From the NCBI GenBank assembly GCA_950097015.1, contig CATNEN010000034.1, positions 6,758,001 to 6,822,000 on the forward strand: DNA of 64,000 nt, in the 5' to 3' direction. The notes under the pieces were generated by a model that did no database searches, was not told the DNA's origin, and saw only the letters and a program-made list of their open reading frames with translations. Below, piece by piece: positions 1 through 12,280 of this stretch. This DNA is from Macrostomum hystrix (taxonomy: Eukaryota > Animalia > Platyhelminthes). Position numbers and translations under genes: made by a program. The number at the start of each line of letters is the position of its first letter. Position 1 is the first letter of the stretch.

Positions 1-239
1 ATCGTATAATTAAATAGAATTTATTTATTAGTAAGAAAGTTTAATCCGCTTCTTCAATTAGAGTCACGAACTAAAAAGCTTGTTGGCTTAGAAAAAAAAT
101 TTAAATTGAACATGAACAGCGAAAAAACTAACTCTGTGAGTCATATTTGCTTGAAATTTAAATATAGTAATGTGGCGCCAAACCTTTTTTAAATGATTGA
201 TATTAAGACCTAAGAATAACTAGCGCATTTCCAAACAGG

Positions 240-415
240 TATCTAACAGGTGACATTCGTGTCTAACAGATGTCATCTGTGTCTAACAGATGTAATACGC
301 GTCGAACAGGTGTCATACGTGTCTAGCAGGTATCATATCTGTCTAAGAGGTGTCATCCGCGTCTAACAGGTAAGATACGTATCTAACATGCTACATTCGC
401 GTCTAAAATGTGACA
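240..415. repeat. Degenerate 20-bp tandem repeat (gtctaacaggtgtcatacgt-like)
   Basis: gtctaaca recurs every about 20 nt. Confidence 0.75.
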
Positions 416-757
416 TCCATGACCAAAAGGTTCCTAAAGATTGTAACTTTGTCTAAAATAGATACAAATTTGTGTAAGGAGCCGCAGACCGCAAGTAAAA
501 TAACAATAAAAACAAGATGATTCATTGAAAAGTTTCTTAATGCAGTTCAAATTTACAAAAAGGGTAAATGATAACACGATACCGCCACCAAGCGTTAAAT
601 CACTGATTAAAGAAACGAATTTCTAATGCAGAGTTAAGAGCAGCTCCAACAAAGCGTCAGACGGAAGATTTTAGTGACAGTAAAACATTTTTTCTAATTT
701 ATATTTTTCCATTCAGAAAATTAATCCGACATGTGGTACACCATGTTGGAAATATAT

Positions 758-1330
758 GATTCAGATTAGTGATCTGTGAGTCAGACTAGTGATCTGACAG
801 TCAGACTAGAGATCTGTGAGTCAGACTAGTGATCTGACAGTCAGACTAGAGATCTGACAGTCAGACTAGGGGTCTGACAGTCAGACTAGGGATCTGACAG
901 TCAGACTAGTGATCTGTGAGTCAGACTAGTGTCGATCTGTGAGTCAGACTAGTGATCTGACAGTCAGACTAGGGATCTGACAGTCAGACTAGTGATCTGT
1001 GAGTCAGACTAGTGTCGATCTGTGAGTCAGACTAGTGATCTGACAGTCAGAATAGAGATCTGTGAGTCAGACTAGAGATCTGTGAGTCAGACTAGTGATC
1101 TGTGAGTCAGACTAGAGATCTGACAGTCAGACTAGTGATCTGTGAGTCAGACTAGAGATCTGACAGTCAGACTAGTGATCTGTGAGTCAGACTAGAGATC
1201 TGACAGTCAGACTAGAGATCTGACAGTCAGACTAGAGATCTGACAGTCAGACTAGAGATCTGACAGTCAGACTAGAGATCTGACAGTCAGACTAGAGATC
1301 TGACAGTCAGACTAGGGATCTGACAATTAG
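758..1330. repeat. 20-bp minisatellite agtcagactagagatctgac
   Basis: About 28 copies read directly; internal GTCAGA/TCTGAC dyad. Confidence 0.95.
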
Positions 1331-1865
1331 ATTAATGACGTTTGAAACAAATTAGTAGGACACAAACACAATCGCATAGTTAGAATAATGGCGCGTTTAA
1401 CAAGAAGGCGACCCTAAAAACACAGCGGAGCGAAGCAGTTTCGATCGATTCAACCCGAAGACCGTATTAACAACGTGTAAGTAGCTTGAATGATTAATAA
1501 AAATCTGAGAAATTAAGGAAGCATGTCTAGACACGCCATTTAGTTAGGTCTATAATGAGCAATCATTTAGGAAAGCATCAGATTTTTTACCATCATTTGG
1601 CTACCAACCGGCCTAAGATGCTGCTGCTGCTGCAGATAGCCAATGGAGTCTGGCTGACCATTGCTGCCCTGCATTAGTCTGTAGTTAAACTGTCGCTGGT
1701 TTGGCTAGTGTGTCGGACAAAAAATAGGAGGTTCAGACAGTGGGGCTGCTTTGAGAGCAGAGCGGCGAAGTGTCAAAGTGTCATAATAAAACAAACTAGT
1801 CGAAACTCCTTTCTGGTATCCGAGGCCAATGATAGATTCGCTTCCAATTAAAAAATTACTTTTAT

Positions 1866-2375
1866 TTCTGAATTCCAGTACTCAAAGATCCTGAATTCCA
1901 GTACTCAGAGATCCTGAATTCCAGTACTCCGAGATCCTGAATTTCAGTACTTTGAGATCCCGAATTCCAGTACTCAGAGATCCCGAATTCCAGTACTCCG
2001 AGATCCTGAATTTCAGTACTTTGAGATCCCGAATTCCAGAACTCAAAGATCCCGAATTCCAGTACTCCGAGATCCTGAATTTCAGTACTTTGAGATCCCG
2101 AATTCCAGTACTCAGAGATCCCGAATTCCAGTACTCCGAGATCCTGAATTTCAGTACTTTGAGATCCCGAATTCCAGTACTCAGAGATCCCGAATTCCAG
2201 TACTCAGAGATCCCGAATTCCAGTACTCCGAGATCCTGAATTTCAGTACTTTGAGATCCCGAATTCCAGTACTCAAAGATCCCGAATTCCAGTACTCAGA
2301 GATCCCGAATTCCATGTACTCAGAGATCCTGAATTCCAGTACTCAGGGATTCGAAATTCCAAAGATCCTAAATTC
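1866..2375. repeat. 22-bp minisatellite gaattccagtactcagagatcc with higher-order pattern
   Basis: Read directly; the source of spurious ORFs 1952-2239 and 2251-2451. Confidence 0.95.
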
Positions 2376-2822
2376 ATGCTTACCTCTCAGGCGGAGAAGT
2401 CTCAGACGCATAAGTAAACCCATTAATTTTTTAGCAAAGTTCGAGCAATAATGGCACACACGCACAAGCAGTTTCTTTCAGTTTTGCGAGTGGGATAATT
2501 AGCTTCCGAGCGCAGGTGACGAAACAACAGAGCAAAGGTAAATAGCTAATCAGTTGACTACTCAATTACAGAGTCAAAAGTAAATTACTGAGAGGGACAG
2601 AGGGATCTACTAATAAGACGAGACGACTTGCAGAGTTAAATTTTGTCGTGTTGAGGTTAGACAGATTCTAAATACACATTTAGTGCAAATTCTGTACACA
2701 CGTTAGGTGGTATATTAGAACCAAGCATTGTACTAAAAATCGTCACGTTACACTTTAAAACAAATCGAAAGACTAAATAATAACAGTTTCACTGTTTAAT
2801 AAAACCAGACAATACAATCTAC

Positions 2823-2858
2823 CTGTATTGAGGCACTTTGGCCCGGTTCCAGCTCAGC
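2823..2858 (-). CDS. Candidate 36-nt CK1 gamma tail exon (AELEPGQSASIQ)
   Basis: ttctcag acceptor and CAG|gtagat donor, phase 0-0, open frame. The end SASIQ resembles the GSVQ preceding VVSSTNG in CK1 gamma tails (recalled, not aligned). Confidence 0.4.
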
Positions 2859-3022
2859 CTGAGAAGTTAATTTTTTCACGAATCGAATTTATGAGATCAA
2901 TAAATCTGGCAATCGTATAGATGAGCACTGCTCATTGTTAGATGCATTGGCAGAAAGGTTAATGCAGGTGAAATTTAGGTAAGTAAGAACTATATTTGTA
3001 ACGCAGCTTGAACACGGAATAA

Positions 3023-4244
3023 TAGTACTAGGTTTAGATGACCAAACTGACTCGGCGATCAGACAAGCCAGAGAACAGCCTACTAGTACTAGGTTTAGAT
3101 GACCAAACTGACTCGGCGACCAGACAAGCCAGAGAACAGCCTACTAGTACTAGGTTTAGATGACCAAACTGACTCGGCGACCAGACAAGCCAGAGAACAG
3201 CCTACTAGTACTAGGTTTAGATGACCAAACTGACTCGGCGACCAGACAAGCCAGAGAACAGCCTACTAGTACTAGGTTTAGATGACCAAACTGACTCGGC
3301 GATCAGACAAGCCAGAGAACAGCCTACTAGTACTAGGTTTAGATGACCAAACTGACTCGGCGACCAGACAAGCCAGAGAACAGCCTACTAGTACTAGGTT
3401 TAGATGACCAAACTGACTCGGCGATCAGACAAGCCAGAGAACAGCCTACTAGTACTAGGTTTAGATGACCAAACTGACTCGGCGATCAGACAAGCCAGAG
3501 AACAGCCTACTAGTACTAGGTTTAGATGACCAAACTGACTCGGCGATCAGACAAGCCAGAGAACAGCCTACTAGTACTAGGTTTAGATGACCAAACTGAC
3601 TCGGCGATCAGACAAGCCAGAGAACAGCCTACTAGTACTAGGTTTAGATGACCAAACTGACTCGGCGATCAGACAAGCCAGAGAACAGCCTACTAGTACT
3701 AGGTTTAGATGACCAAACTGACTCGGCGACCAGACAAGCCAGAGAACAGCCTACTAGTACTAGGTTTAGATGACCAAACTGACTCGGCGACCAGACAAGC
3801 CAGAGAACAGCCTACTAGTACTAGGTTTAGATGACCAAACTGACTCGGCGACCAGACAAGCCAGAGAACAGCCTACTAGTACTAGGTTTAGATGACCAAA
3901 CTGACTCGGCGATCAGACAAGCCAGAGAACAGCCTACTAGTACTAGGTTTAGATGACCAAACTGACTCGGCGATCAGACAAGCCAGAGAACAGCCTACTA
4001 GTACTAGGTTTAGATGACCAAACTGACTCGGCGATCAGACAAGCCAGAGAACAGCCTACTAGTACTAGGTTTAGATGACCAAACTGACTCGGCGACCAGA
4101 CAAGCCAGAGAACAGCCTACTAGTACTAGGTTTAGATGACCAAACTGACTCGGCGATCAGACAAGCCAGAGAACAGCCTACTAGTACTAGGTTTAGATGA
4201 CCAAACTGACTCGGCGATCAGACAAGCCAGAGAACAGCCTACTA
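3023..4244. repeat. 61-bp minisatellite, about 20 near-identical copies
   Basis: The pattern shifts 1 nt per 60-nt line; copies differ essentially only at gcgat/gcgac. Confidence 0.97.
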
Positions 4245-5317
4245 CTATGCCAAAGTAGTCCCAGCCAATGTCAAAAAAGTTAGCGAAAACAACAAACACA
4301 ATATCAAGGACAGCTTTTAAAAAGAGAGAGACAGAAATTGTAACAGTTAAAGAAATTCTAACAGTCAAATAAGACTGTGACAAAACGCAGACCTAGGATT
4401 GGAAATGAATGAATCAAGTTATAAGAAAGCAGAAAAGAGAAGTCTTAAAACTTGCATTTGTGTTAGTTGTAAAAGCGGAAAAATGAAGCTAGTCTTGCAC
4501 TGACAAAATGCATGCAACCATGCTAATGAGTAGTACATCAAAGTGTATAATTTAGTTTCTAATTATCAATCCGCTCTTCATAGCGAATTCTAGTATACCG
4601 GAAGTACGCACATATAATTTAGTTTCTTATTAAGCTCTTTCGCACACACAGAGACAAAATGATCCAAATAATTTACGAGGTAGTGCTGGTGAGAAAACTG
4701 ATTTTTCAGCGACGATGAGGTCTTCGGAGAGCACTTTTTAGGTGGCGGCGCATTTCACTATGCAATTTTGAGCATAGTTACTCCCACAGTTTACCAATTA
4801 CTGGCATTTTTAACAGCAGAAAGACCAGCCATGAAAATATTTAACCAAACGCCATGAAAATCCAGAACATGGGATTCTAAACTTTTCCAATCAATACGAT
4901 GAAATAACTTTCAGAATCACAAAACATCGGTATCGGTCGAGATATTCACCGATTCTCGTCGGGTGTCTGGTGGCAAAACAACCAATATATGCATAAATAT
5001 TCTGCTACAATTGCTGTATATTGTATTGATTGCATTGCTAATTGGTTTATTATTGAACCAATAAGGATTCGCCATATCTGTTTATACAGAGCATTGTTAG
5101 TTGTCCCTGTCAACAGGGTCTTCGACAAGAATAGCTGAACATCTCGACAATGCTGACGTCGGACGGCATTGAAAGTTATTGAATCGTAAATGGCGGGAAA
5201 TGATGACCCATATGGTGGACTTTCACGAAAATCAGTCATCATCCCGATCACGGAGTATTTGAAATACTCCCTGAAGTCTTTCCCCCAGGGGGGAATAGCC
5301 TGGTCAGTTTGTCTCAC

Positions 5318-8276
5318 CTTTGGTTGCAGATGCGTTTGCTTGCCGCTGCGCTCGCCAGCAGCAGCAGCGTTTGTGGCGCTAACTGGCGTAGCCTGTGAAT
5401 TCGCGTTATTTCCGTTGTAAACACTGATGCCGCGTAAAATATAAACAGATATTAACATAGTAAACACCAATAACAAAACAATACTATTCTGCGAGTATGA
5501 TAACAGTAGGACTTGGAATATTTATAGTGAGAGAGCTTTGCAAATCCCAGATTAAGCGTGTCATACGCACCGTTCTCTCCGGCCGCGAGACCCAGTCGAA
5601 GTCCCAGTCGCATTGCCAACCTTTTTCTTCCATCAGTTTTAAAAATAGGCTGCGCGCGTAATTATAGTCCGGCGTCTCGAAGAAGTCCATCTGCCTGGCG
5701 TAGCGCAGGTAGGAGGCCAGTTCCTCTGCAGTTGGGGAGGAAAGACATGCCGCCTAGATATCTGAGCTGAAAACTCTAAACAATGCTGTTGGATTAAATT
5801 ACAGGTTGACAGGTAGTCTGACAACCTGAGCTTCTTAGCTAGTAGTCTAGTAGATAAGATTTAAGACACCTGATTTAGGCGCCTTACCCGAGAAACTAGA
5901 ATAAACTCCTGAACTAGGTACACCTGAAAAATTCTGAACACCTGAAGCAGTTATCCAGTCTTATTTTCATTCTGAATAAAATTCGGAACACCTGAATGGA
6001 GTATCTGAATAAAATTATGAACACCTGAATTAGGTATCTGAATAAAATTATGAACACCTGAATTAGGTATCTGAATAAAATTACTGAACACCTGAATTAA
6101 GTATCTGAATAAAGTTCTGAACACCTGACGTAAGATACTTCAACAAACATCCCAGCACTAACCGGGAAAGCCGTCGCACAGGGTATCGATAGGCGTGGCC
6201 CGTTTAGTGTCGCCAATCTTCTGGTAGCGCTCCTTCAGATTGTCAGCCTTCAGGCCCTGCCACGGCAGGCTGCCGCGAAGGAAGTACATGAACATGTGGC
6301 CCAGAGCTTCCAGATCGTCTCGACGGGACTGCTCTGCGGAGTCAAATGAGGATTTAGAATATAGGATATCCTTGCTAGGTATATTTTAACATGAAAAATA
6401 AGAAATATCCTGTTTAAAAGCAGACAAGCAAGCAAGCAAGCAAAGCAGCTGGCCCAAGATACACAGAAGGGCATAGAGAGAAACGACAGAAAACTTACTG
6501 CTTCTGCAAGTGCACAACGCGGTGTTTACAAGTGTCTTCTAATAGTAAATGTAAAAATAGGCGTATGTTTAAAAAATCCAGGCCCTGTTTTAGAAATGCA
6601 GCGACATGAACTGCTAAATACAGTAGGCTTGTTAAGAAAGACGCTGAAACGGTGCATTGCTTGATTCAAGTGAAACCGGTTGTGAACGGACCCCATCTTA
6701 GGTAGATTTGACACCGCTTACGCTTAGTAATGCAAATAGAGCTAAGCCATCACAGGCTAACAATATTCTTTGCCTCATTTTTAGTTGGCAAAAATATGTC
6801 ATTTATAATAGACCTTTTACATAGACCCAGTTCTAGAATCCAGTCCCAGTTCTAGAATCCAGTCCTAGTTATAGAATCCAGTCCTAGTTCTAGAATCCAG
6901 TCAAAGTTCGAGAATCCAGTCCCAGTTCTAGAATCCAGATCTAGTCCCAGAATCCAGTCCGAATTCAAGTACAGTCATCAAGTACAATTATAATGCTAAA
7001 ATTGGCACTAGACAAGTTTACCTTTGCCTAAATGCGTGTTGATGCTCATATACCGGGCTGTACCAGTCAGGCTCTTGTGCTCCCTGTACGGGATGTGCCT
7101 GCCTGACTCGCGATCAATGTATTCTTTGGCCAGGCCGAAATCTATGATGTGAATAATATGCTGCTTGCGAGTCGACTGGCGCCCAATCAGGAAATTCTCT
7201 GGCTTCACGTCCCGGTAGATCAAGCTGCGGCTGTGCACGTACTCCATGCGGCTGATCTGTGAAGGGGTGATGGCTTAGCTTGTAGGATCAACAATCGAAC
7301 ACAGTAACAGCTGGAATCCGCCGCCCACCAACACAGTAACAGCTGGAATCCGCCGCCCACCAACACAGTAACAGCTGGAATCCGCCGCCCACCAACACAG
7401 TAACAGCTGGAATCCGCCGCCCACCAACACAGTAACAGCTGGAATCCGACGCCCACCAACACAGTAACAGCTGGAATCCGCCGCCCACCAACACAGTAAC
7501 AGCTGGAATCCGCCGCCCACCAACACAGTAACAGCTGGAATCCGCCGCCCACCAACACAGTAACAGCTGGAATCCGCCCCCCACCAACACCGCATCAGCT
7601 GGAATCCACCCCCACCAACACCGCAACAGCTGGAATCCGCCCCCACCAACACCTCATCAGCTGGAATCCGCCCCTACCAACACCGCAACAGCTGGAATCC
7701 GCCCCCCACCAACACCGCAACAGCTGGAATCCGCCCCCCACCAACACCGCAACAGCTGGAATCCGACCCAAATCGTAAGCCTCGCTTGCACCTAAGCCTC
7801 ACCAATTGTATAGCAATCATGCAAACGGTTTTCAATGTGAATCGCCGATTGCACATATCGAAGAGATCCTCCAACGATGGCCCTAGCAGTTCAAGCACAA
7901 GCGCATTATACTTATGCGTCGGGCCAAAGTAGAAGACCTGCGGCAGGCCCTCCGGGGAGCCGAGCTCCTTGTAGAAGCGATACTCCAGGTGCAGCTGGGG
8001 AGCTCGAGACTTCAACGGCTCCAATTTGACTGCCACGTGCTCATTGTTGTAAAGATTCTTTCCTAGTCGCAATTCGCCGAAATTTCCGCTACCAATCTTT
8101 TTGCCAACCTTGAAGTTGGGCCCGACCATTAGGAAGGCGGCGTCCAAACGGCAAGGCAGGTAGGAGTTAGCGACACCGCCGCCTCCTCCTCCTCCTCCAG
8201 GACCGCCGGCGACAGCCGCACTGCCAACGCCAGCACCGCCAGATACTTGGAGGCGCAGATTGCCTCCACTGTTCAT
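5318..8276 (-). CDS. CSNK1G: Casein kinase 1 gamma (gilgamesh-like), multi-exon; 3' end unresolved
   Basis: Exons 8276-7803, 7256-7022, 6333-6163, 5725-5571 and probably 5392-5318 have GT-AG boundaries with matching phases (0,1,1,0). They give [74 protein letters not shown], which is typical of CK1 gamma. Confidence 0.93.
5920..6128. repeat. Degenerate ctgaataaaattatgaacacctgaat repeat in a CK1 intron
   Basis: gaacacctgaa and ctgaataaa recur. Confidence 0.8.
6826..6962. repeat. 18-bp repeat ccagtcccagttctagaat in a CK1 intron
   Basis: About 7 copies. Confidence 0.85.
7290..7767. repeat. 32-bp minisatellite filling CK1 intron 7257-7802
   Basis: aacacagtaacagctggaatccgccgcccacc, about 15 copies. 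Confidence 0.95.
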
Positions 8277-11160
8277 TGACTGAACTAAGCTGGTAATAAG
8301 CAGATCTGCAAGCAATGTTTACAGCTGTATAGCAATCATGCAAACAGTTGTTCGAAAGCCTATGGCTATGGCTAATTATATTTACGAGTCATATGAAACA
8401 ATGAAAAACTACAGAAAAACGTTTGGCTCCTAAGGGAGATTTAACAGTCTTCTTTCAAATTTAATCAAAGAACAAAAACGAAAATCAATCATTGCTTTTA
8501 AAAAAATTGTCAATATAGTCAAACTAACTGCGAAAATTATACATTGAAAATCTGAGGAACAAATTTAGGTCCACAGGTGCAGCAGATTCCCCAGTTCATG
8601 GACTGAATAGCTATACATATAGCCTTTGGAAGCAAAGCACAATAGCTGCTGTTGCACCACTGGCCATACATCTGGCCCACATAGACATCAATTGCTAGGA
8701 TCTGCTAGAACTGATCATATTAAGTCAACCATGATTTTTGGGTGAGACACATCTAAATGCATGGCAGAGCTAATTTCCAACTAAATTGTCAAGCATTTCT
8801 AACCAAGAAGGCTTACACAAATTCAGACATGTGACTAGTAGGCCTATAATGGGCTTCTAAATCATGGTGTTGTTAACCAAATTCTGAAATTTGTTAAACC
8901 AGATGACCCTAACTTACACAAGCTCAATGGAAGGTACCTAGGCGCATAATGCATATTAAGTTTAGATATATATATGAAACAAGGGATAGGTCTACTTAAA
9001 AGGACCCAAAAAGTACATATTGTGCTGCTATGCCTACTCAGTTTTCAAATTGATATAGCTAATTATATATATAAATATATATAAATATGTAAGAACTATT
9101 TAACAGCAGAAAATATGCTAATGCCAGCTCAGGAAGCTTGGAATAATACATGTTTTTGGCAAATAACCAACATACTGGCTGGAGAGTTTGTGCTTGTTAT
9201 TGCATTTTAAATAGAAAATTTATGTTATAGTGGGGCAAGTAAACAAAAAAGTGCAATTCTTTATAAAAGCATCAAAAGTTACACTTTTTTCAGAACTATT
9301 TTTAGGCTCAATTTAAATAATTCCTTATATTAGGCCATCAATATTAGTTTGACAAGTTTGACCATTTGACAAGTCCATCATTGAATCTTTATTTTAATTA
9401 TTGTTGCAATTTTATCAATTTGCTTAATTTACCAGATTTGCCTCAGAGCAGTTTGAGAATAGCCTAATTTCAAAAAGTGTTTATTTTTAGTAAGACTAAC
9501 CCTATACCTATTTTTGCTTTATCAATAAATACCCAATGCTCAATGCTAAATCAATAATCAGCTTATGGGTGGTTCTCACAGAGTTGCCACTTTTAGTGTC
9601 CAAAGTGTTTTTTTGCCAATTTTGATTGTTTTTTCATCTATTACTGCAGTATATTATATAAGCTACAGTAAAAAGTGGTTTAAAGCAGTTTTAACACTTC
9701 ATTGACAAATTCATCATTCTTCATTCAAATTCTTCATTTATCACTCATCGGATCTATGCTTTTGAGGGCTGTAGATCCGATGAGTAAAACTGCTATTAAA
9801 TGCAAATATTAAGGAATCCATTGGGGCTAGAATAAAGTGCCATATGTCATTAGAGACATCTATGTACCCTTCATAATATGATATAGCATTTGCGGTTTTA
9901 CAGAATACACATCCTGAGAATTTTACATTTCCCCGACGTAGATCCGATGAGTCAAACTGCTTACTCAAAAAAATCGTTTTTTTACATTTTAGTTTTTCGG
10001 TAGTTGAATAGAGATAGTATGTAGTGTGCCTATAGTTTTATGAAAGCACATAAATATATATTTCGTTTGCAAGAGGATTTAGCACTGAATATGCTACCAC
10101 TAATTTTTTACTGATGAATTTAGGTCAAGAGGTCTGATGTAGATCCGAATGAGTTAAGTTTTGTGAGACACTTATAAAAGACACAAAGTAAGTAGATATA
10201 GCTGAATTATAATAGAAATTATGTTTCCTAATGCTTATTTTAGTTATATATTGCCATATAAAAGAACAACGACGTCTTGAACACAAACACTTTTGACAAG
10301 GGAAAGTCTTAATCTTTGACTAACATGTGTGAGACACAGTGCTTTTACAGACTTGATCATGATTTCTAGTGATTTAAAAATATGTAAACAAATGGAATTT
10401 ATAACAAAGCTTTAGTGCCCCACATAGGGAAACATCGATAGAACACAAATGGTTCAACAGGACAGCTTCAAATTACATTATAAAATATATTTTTTTAAAG
10501 ACACGTTTTTTCAGTACTGTGGCAATCCCGTGAGAATCACCCTTATACACCTAGCATTAACAGCTGCACTATTAATAATATAATAATATATTGCACTATT
10601 TGCACTATTAGAAAAAATGTATGTGTTCAAAGTATATATATTCTGAATTAGTTGAAGTATAATTTATGAAGCTATTAATTTCAGTGACTGTATAAATCAT
10701 ATAATTAGTAATTACTTACTTGTAGGCTAAGGCTATTAGTAATGCCAATAGAAAATAAAAATGTGAATGTATAACTCCAAAAACAGGGAATAATATAGCA
10801 TTACTATTAAAATATGGCCTAAGAAGAATAAGAATAATAGGTGTTAAAAAAACAAAATTTGATATAAAAGATAGACAATATTTTAATTTACAGCACTATT
10901 ATTGACCTTTTTAGCTAGGCTTAACATTAACAATAGCTGTCCGAATGTGGTGACCTGATTTAAGATTTTATTACTATTCTGCTCCTACATATTGAGACTT
11001 GCCATAGAACTGTACAAACTCAATCTCACCAATCAAGAGCTGACAGGCCTCATTTATGAGACAGGATTTAGATAGCTTACAACCTTAGCTTACTCTTAGT
11101 TTTACTGCCTGTAGGCCTCCTACTGCAATTCATTTGAATTAAATGGTTAACTCTTGACAA

Positions 11161-11478
11161 GGTCCCTGGACACTGTCATCCAGATGACAATCTGTCTAAT
11201 ATCTTAGAGGGTGGATGACAAAGTGACTTAGACTTGTGGACACTTTGTCATCTATAAAACAAGTTTTCAAAGTTAGAACAGAACCACCCCTCCCCACATC
11301 ATGTTGCTACCTATATTTTAATTCTTAACATCTGTTAATTGAGTCTACAGACTACAATGGTTGTTATTAGTAGATGACAAACTGACCAAACTTTAAAGCA
11401 TGCTGATTGGCTAGATGACAAAGTGTCCTACTTTCAAATGGATGACAAAGTTGTAAGATAACAAAGTGTCTAGGGTCC
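11161..11478. mobile_element. Small degenerate MITE with GATGACAAAGTG subterminal repeats
   Basis: Ends ggtccctggacactgtcatc / gataacaaagtgtctagggtcc are imperfect inverted repeats. The flanks cttgacaa / attgacag match at 6 of 8 positions (possible decayed 8-bp TSD). Confidence 0.5.
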
Positions 11479-11529
11479 ATTGACAGTTTAATAATAATAA
11501 TAATAATAATAATTGATTACACCTGCCAT

Positions 11530-11810
11530 GATTGGGCCAGATGTGCAGCCAACAACACAGCCATATGCTATTACAAAGCACATCTAAAAGCAGCTATTTT
11601 GTATACAGCTGTTCAGTCCATGGATTGGGGATGCCACACCCATCCTCAATTACCCCAACTGATACTGGTACCCATTTAACAGCTGGGTAGACTGAAACAC
11701 AGCAGAGTTAAATGTCTTGCTAAAGGACACAAATTGTTAAAGTGGAGTCAGGAAATCAAAACCCCTGACCTTTAAGTCATTCATCTAATGCTCTAACCAC
11801 TAGGCTAGGC
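11530..11810 (+). mobile_element. CORE-SINE (MIR-core)-like element
   Basis: ccatttaacagctgggtagactgaaacacagcagagttaaatgtcttgctaaaggacaca...gctctaaccact parallels the recalled MIR core (ccattttacagatgaggaaactgaggc..gaggttaagtgacttgcccaaggtcaca). A diverged inverted partial copy of its 5' part lies at about 8580-8690. Confidence 0.55.
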
Positions 11811-11852
11811 CTACAACCTCCTTTTAGGATTATAGGCCTAGTCACAGTTTAA

Positions 11853-12280
11853 GGCAATGTTGAGGTTTCCTTTGCGATATTATTTTTCAAATGGATTTGA
11901 ATTTCGCGTTCATGGAGATGATTAATATGATATAATATCAACGATAAACAATGATAAACAACGATAACAATAAACAGTTCAGGGCAGTTTTAGTTCACAG
12001 AGACAGAGACAGACACAGAGAAGTCACAGGGGGTAGTAGTGTGACACCCAGTACAATACAGCTCCGAAAGCATTCGCCAGGGTACAGGCGGCGCCAGAGA
12101 AATTCCTCCAGGTGGCTTTTGAAGAGTCTGGCTGAGGTTCCATGCATGGACCTGAACTTCGCCTTTGCATGGGCTCAGGTCCCCTCAATGCCATCAGGCT
12201 GTCATATTAAACATCTCTGTGGACGCACGAATTCAAATCCATTTGAAAAATAATATCGCAAAGGAAACCTCAACATTGCC
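11853..12280 (-). mobile_element. Merlin (IS1016/IS1595-like) DNA transposon internal-deletion derivative, 428 bp
   Basis: About 78-bp TIRs starting GGCAATGTTGAGG, and a perfect 8-bp TSD CAGTTTAA (11845-52 and 12281-88). The internal minus strand translates IEGT*AHAKAKFRSMHGTSARLFKSHLEEFLWRRLY, resembling the ISXO2/Merlin transposase C-terminus. Confidence 0.88.

Noticed and set aside
3023-4244. CRISPR-like 61-bp periodicity
   Set aside because: The whole unit is repeated; there are no variable spacers.
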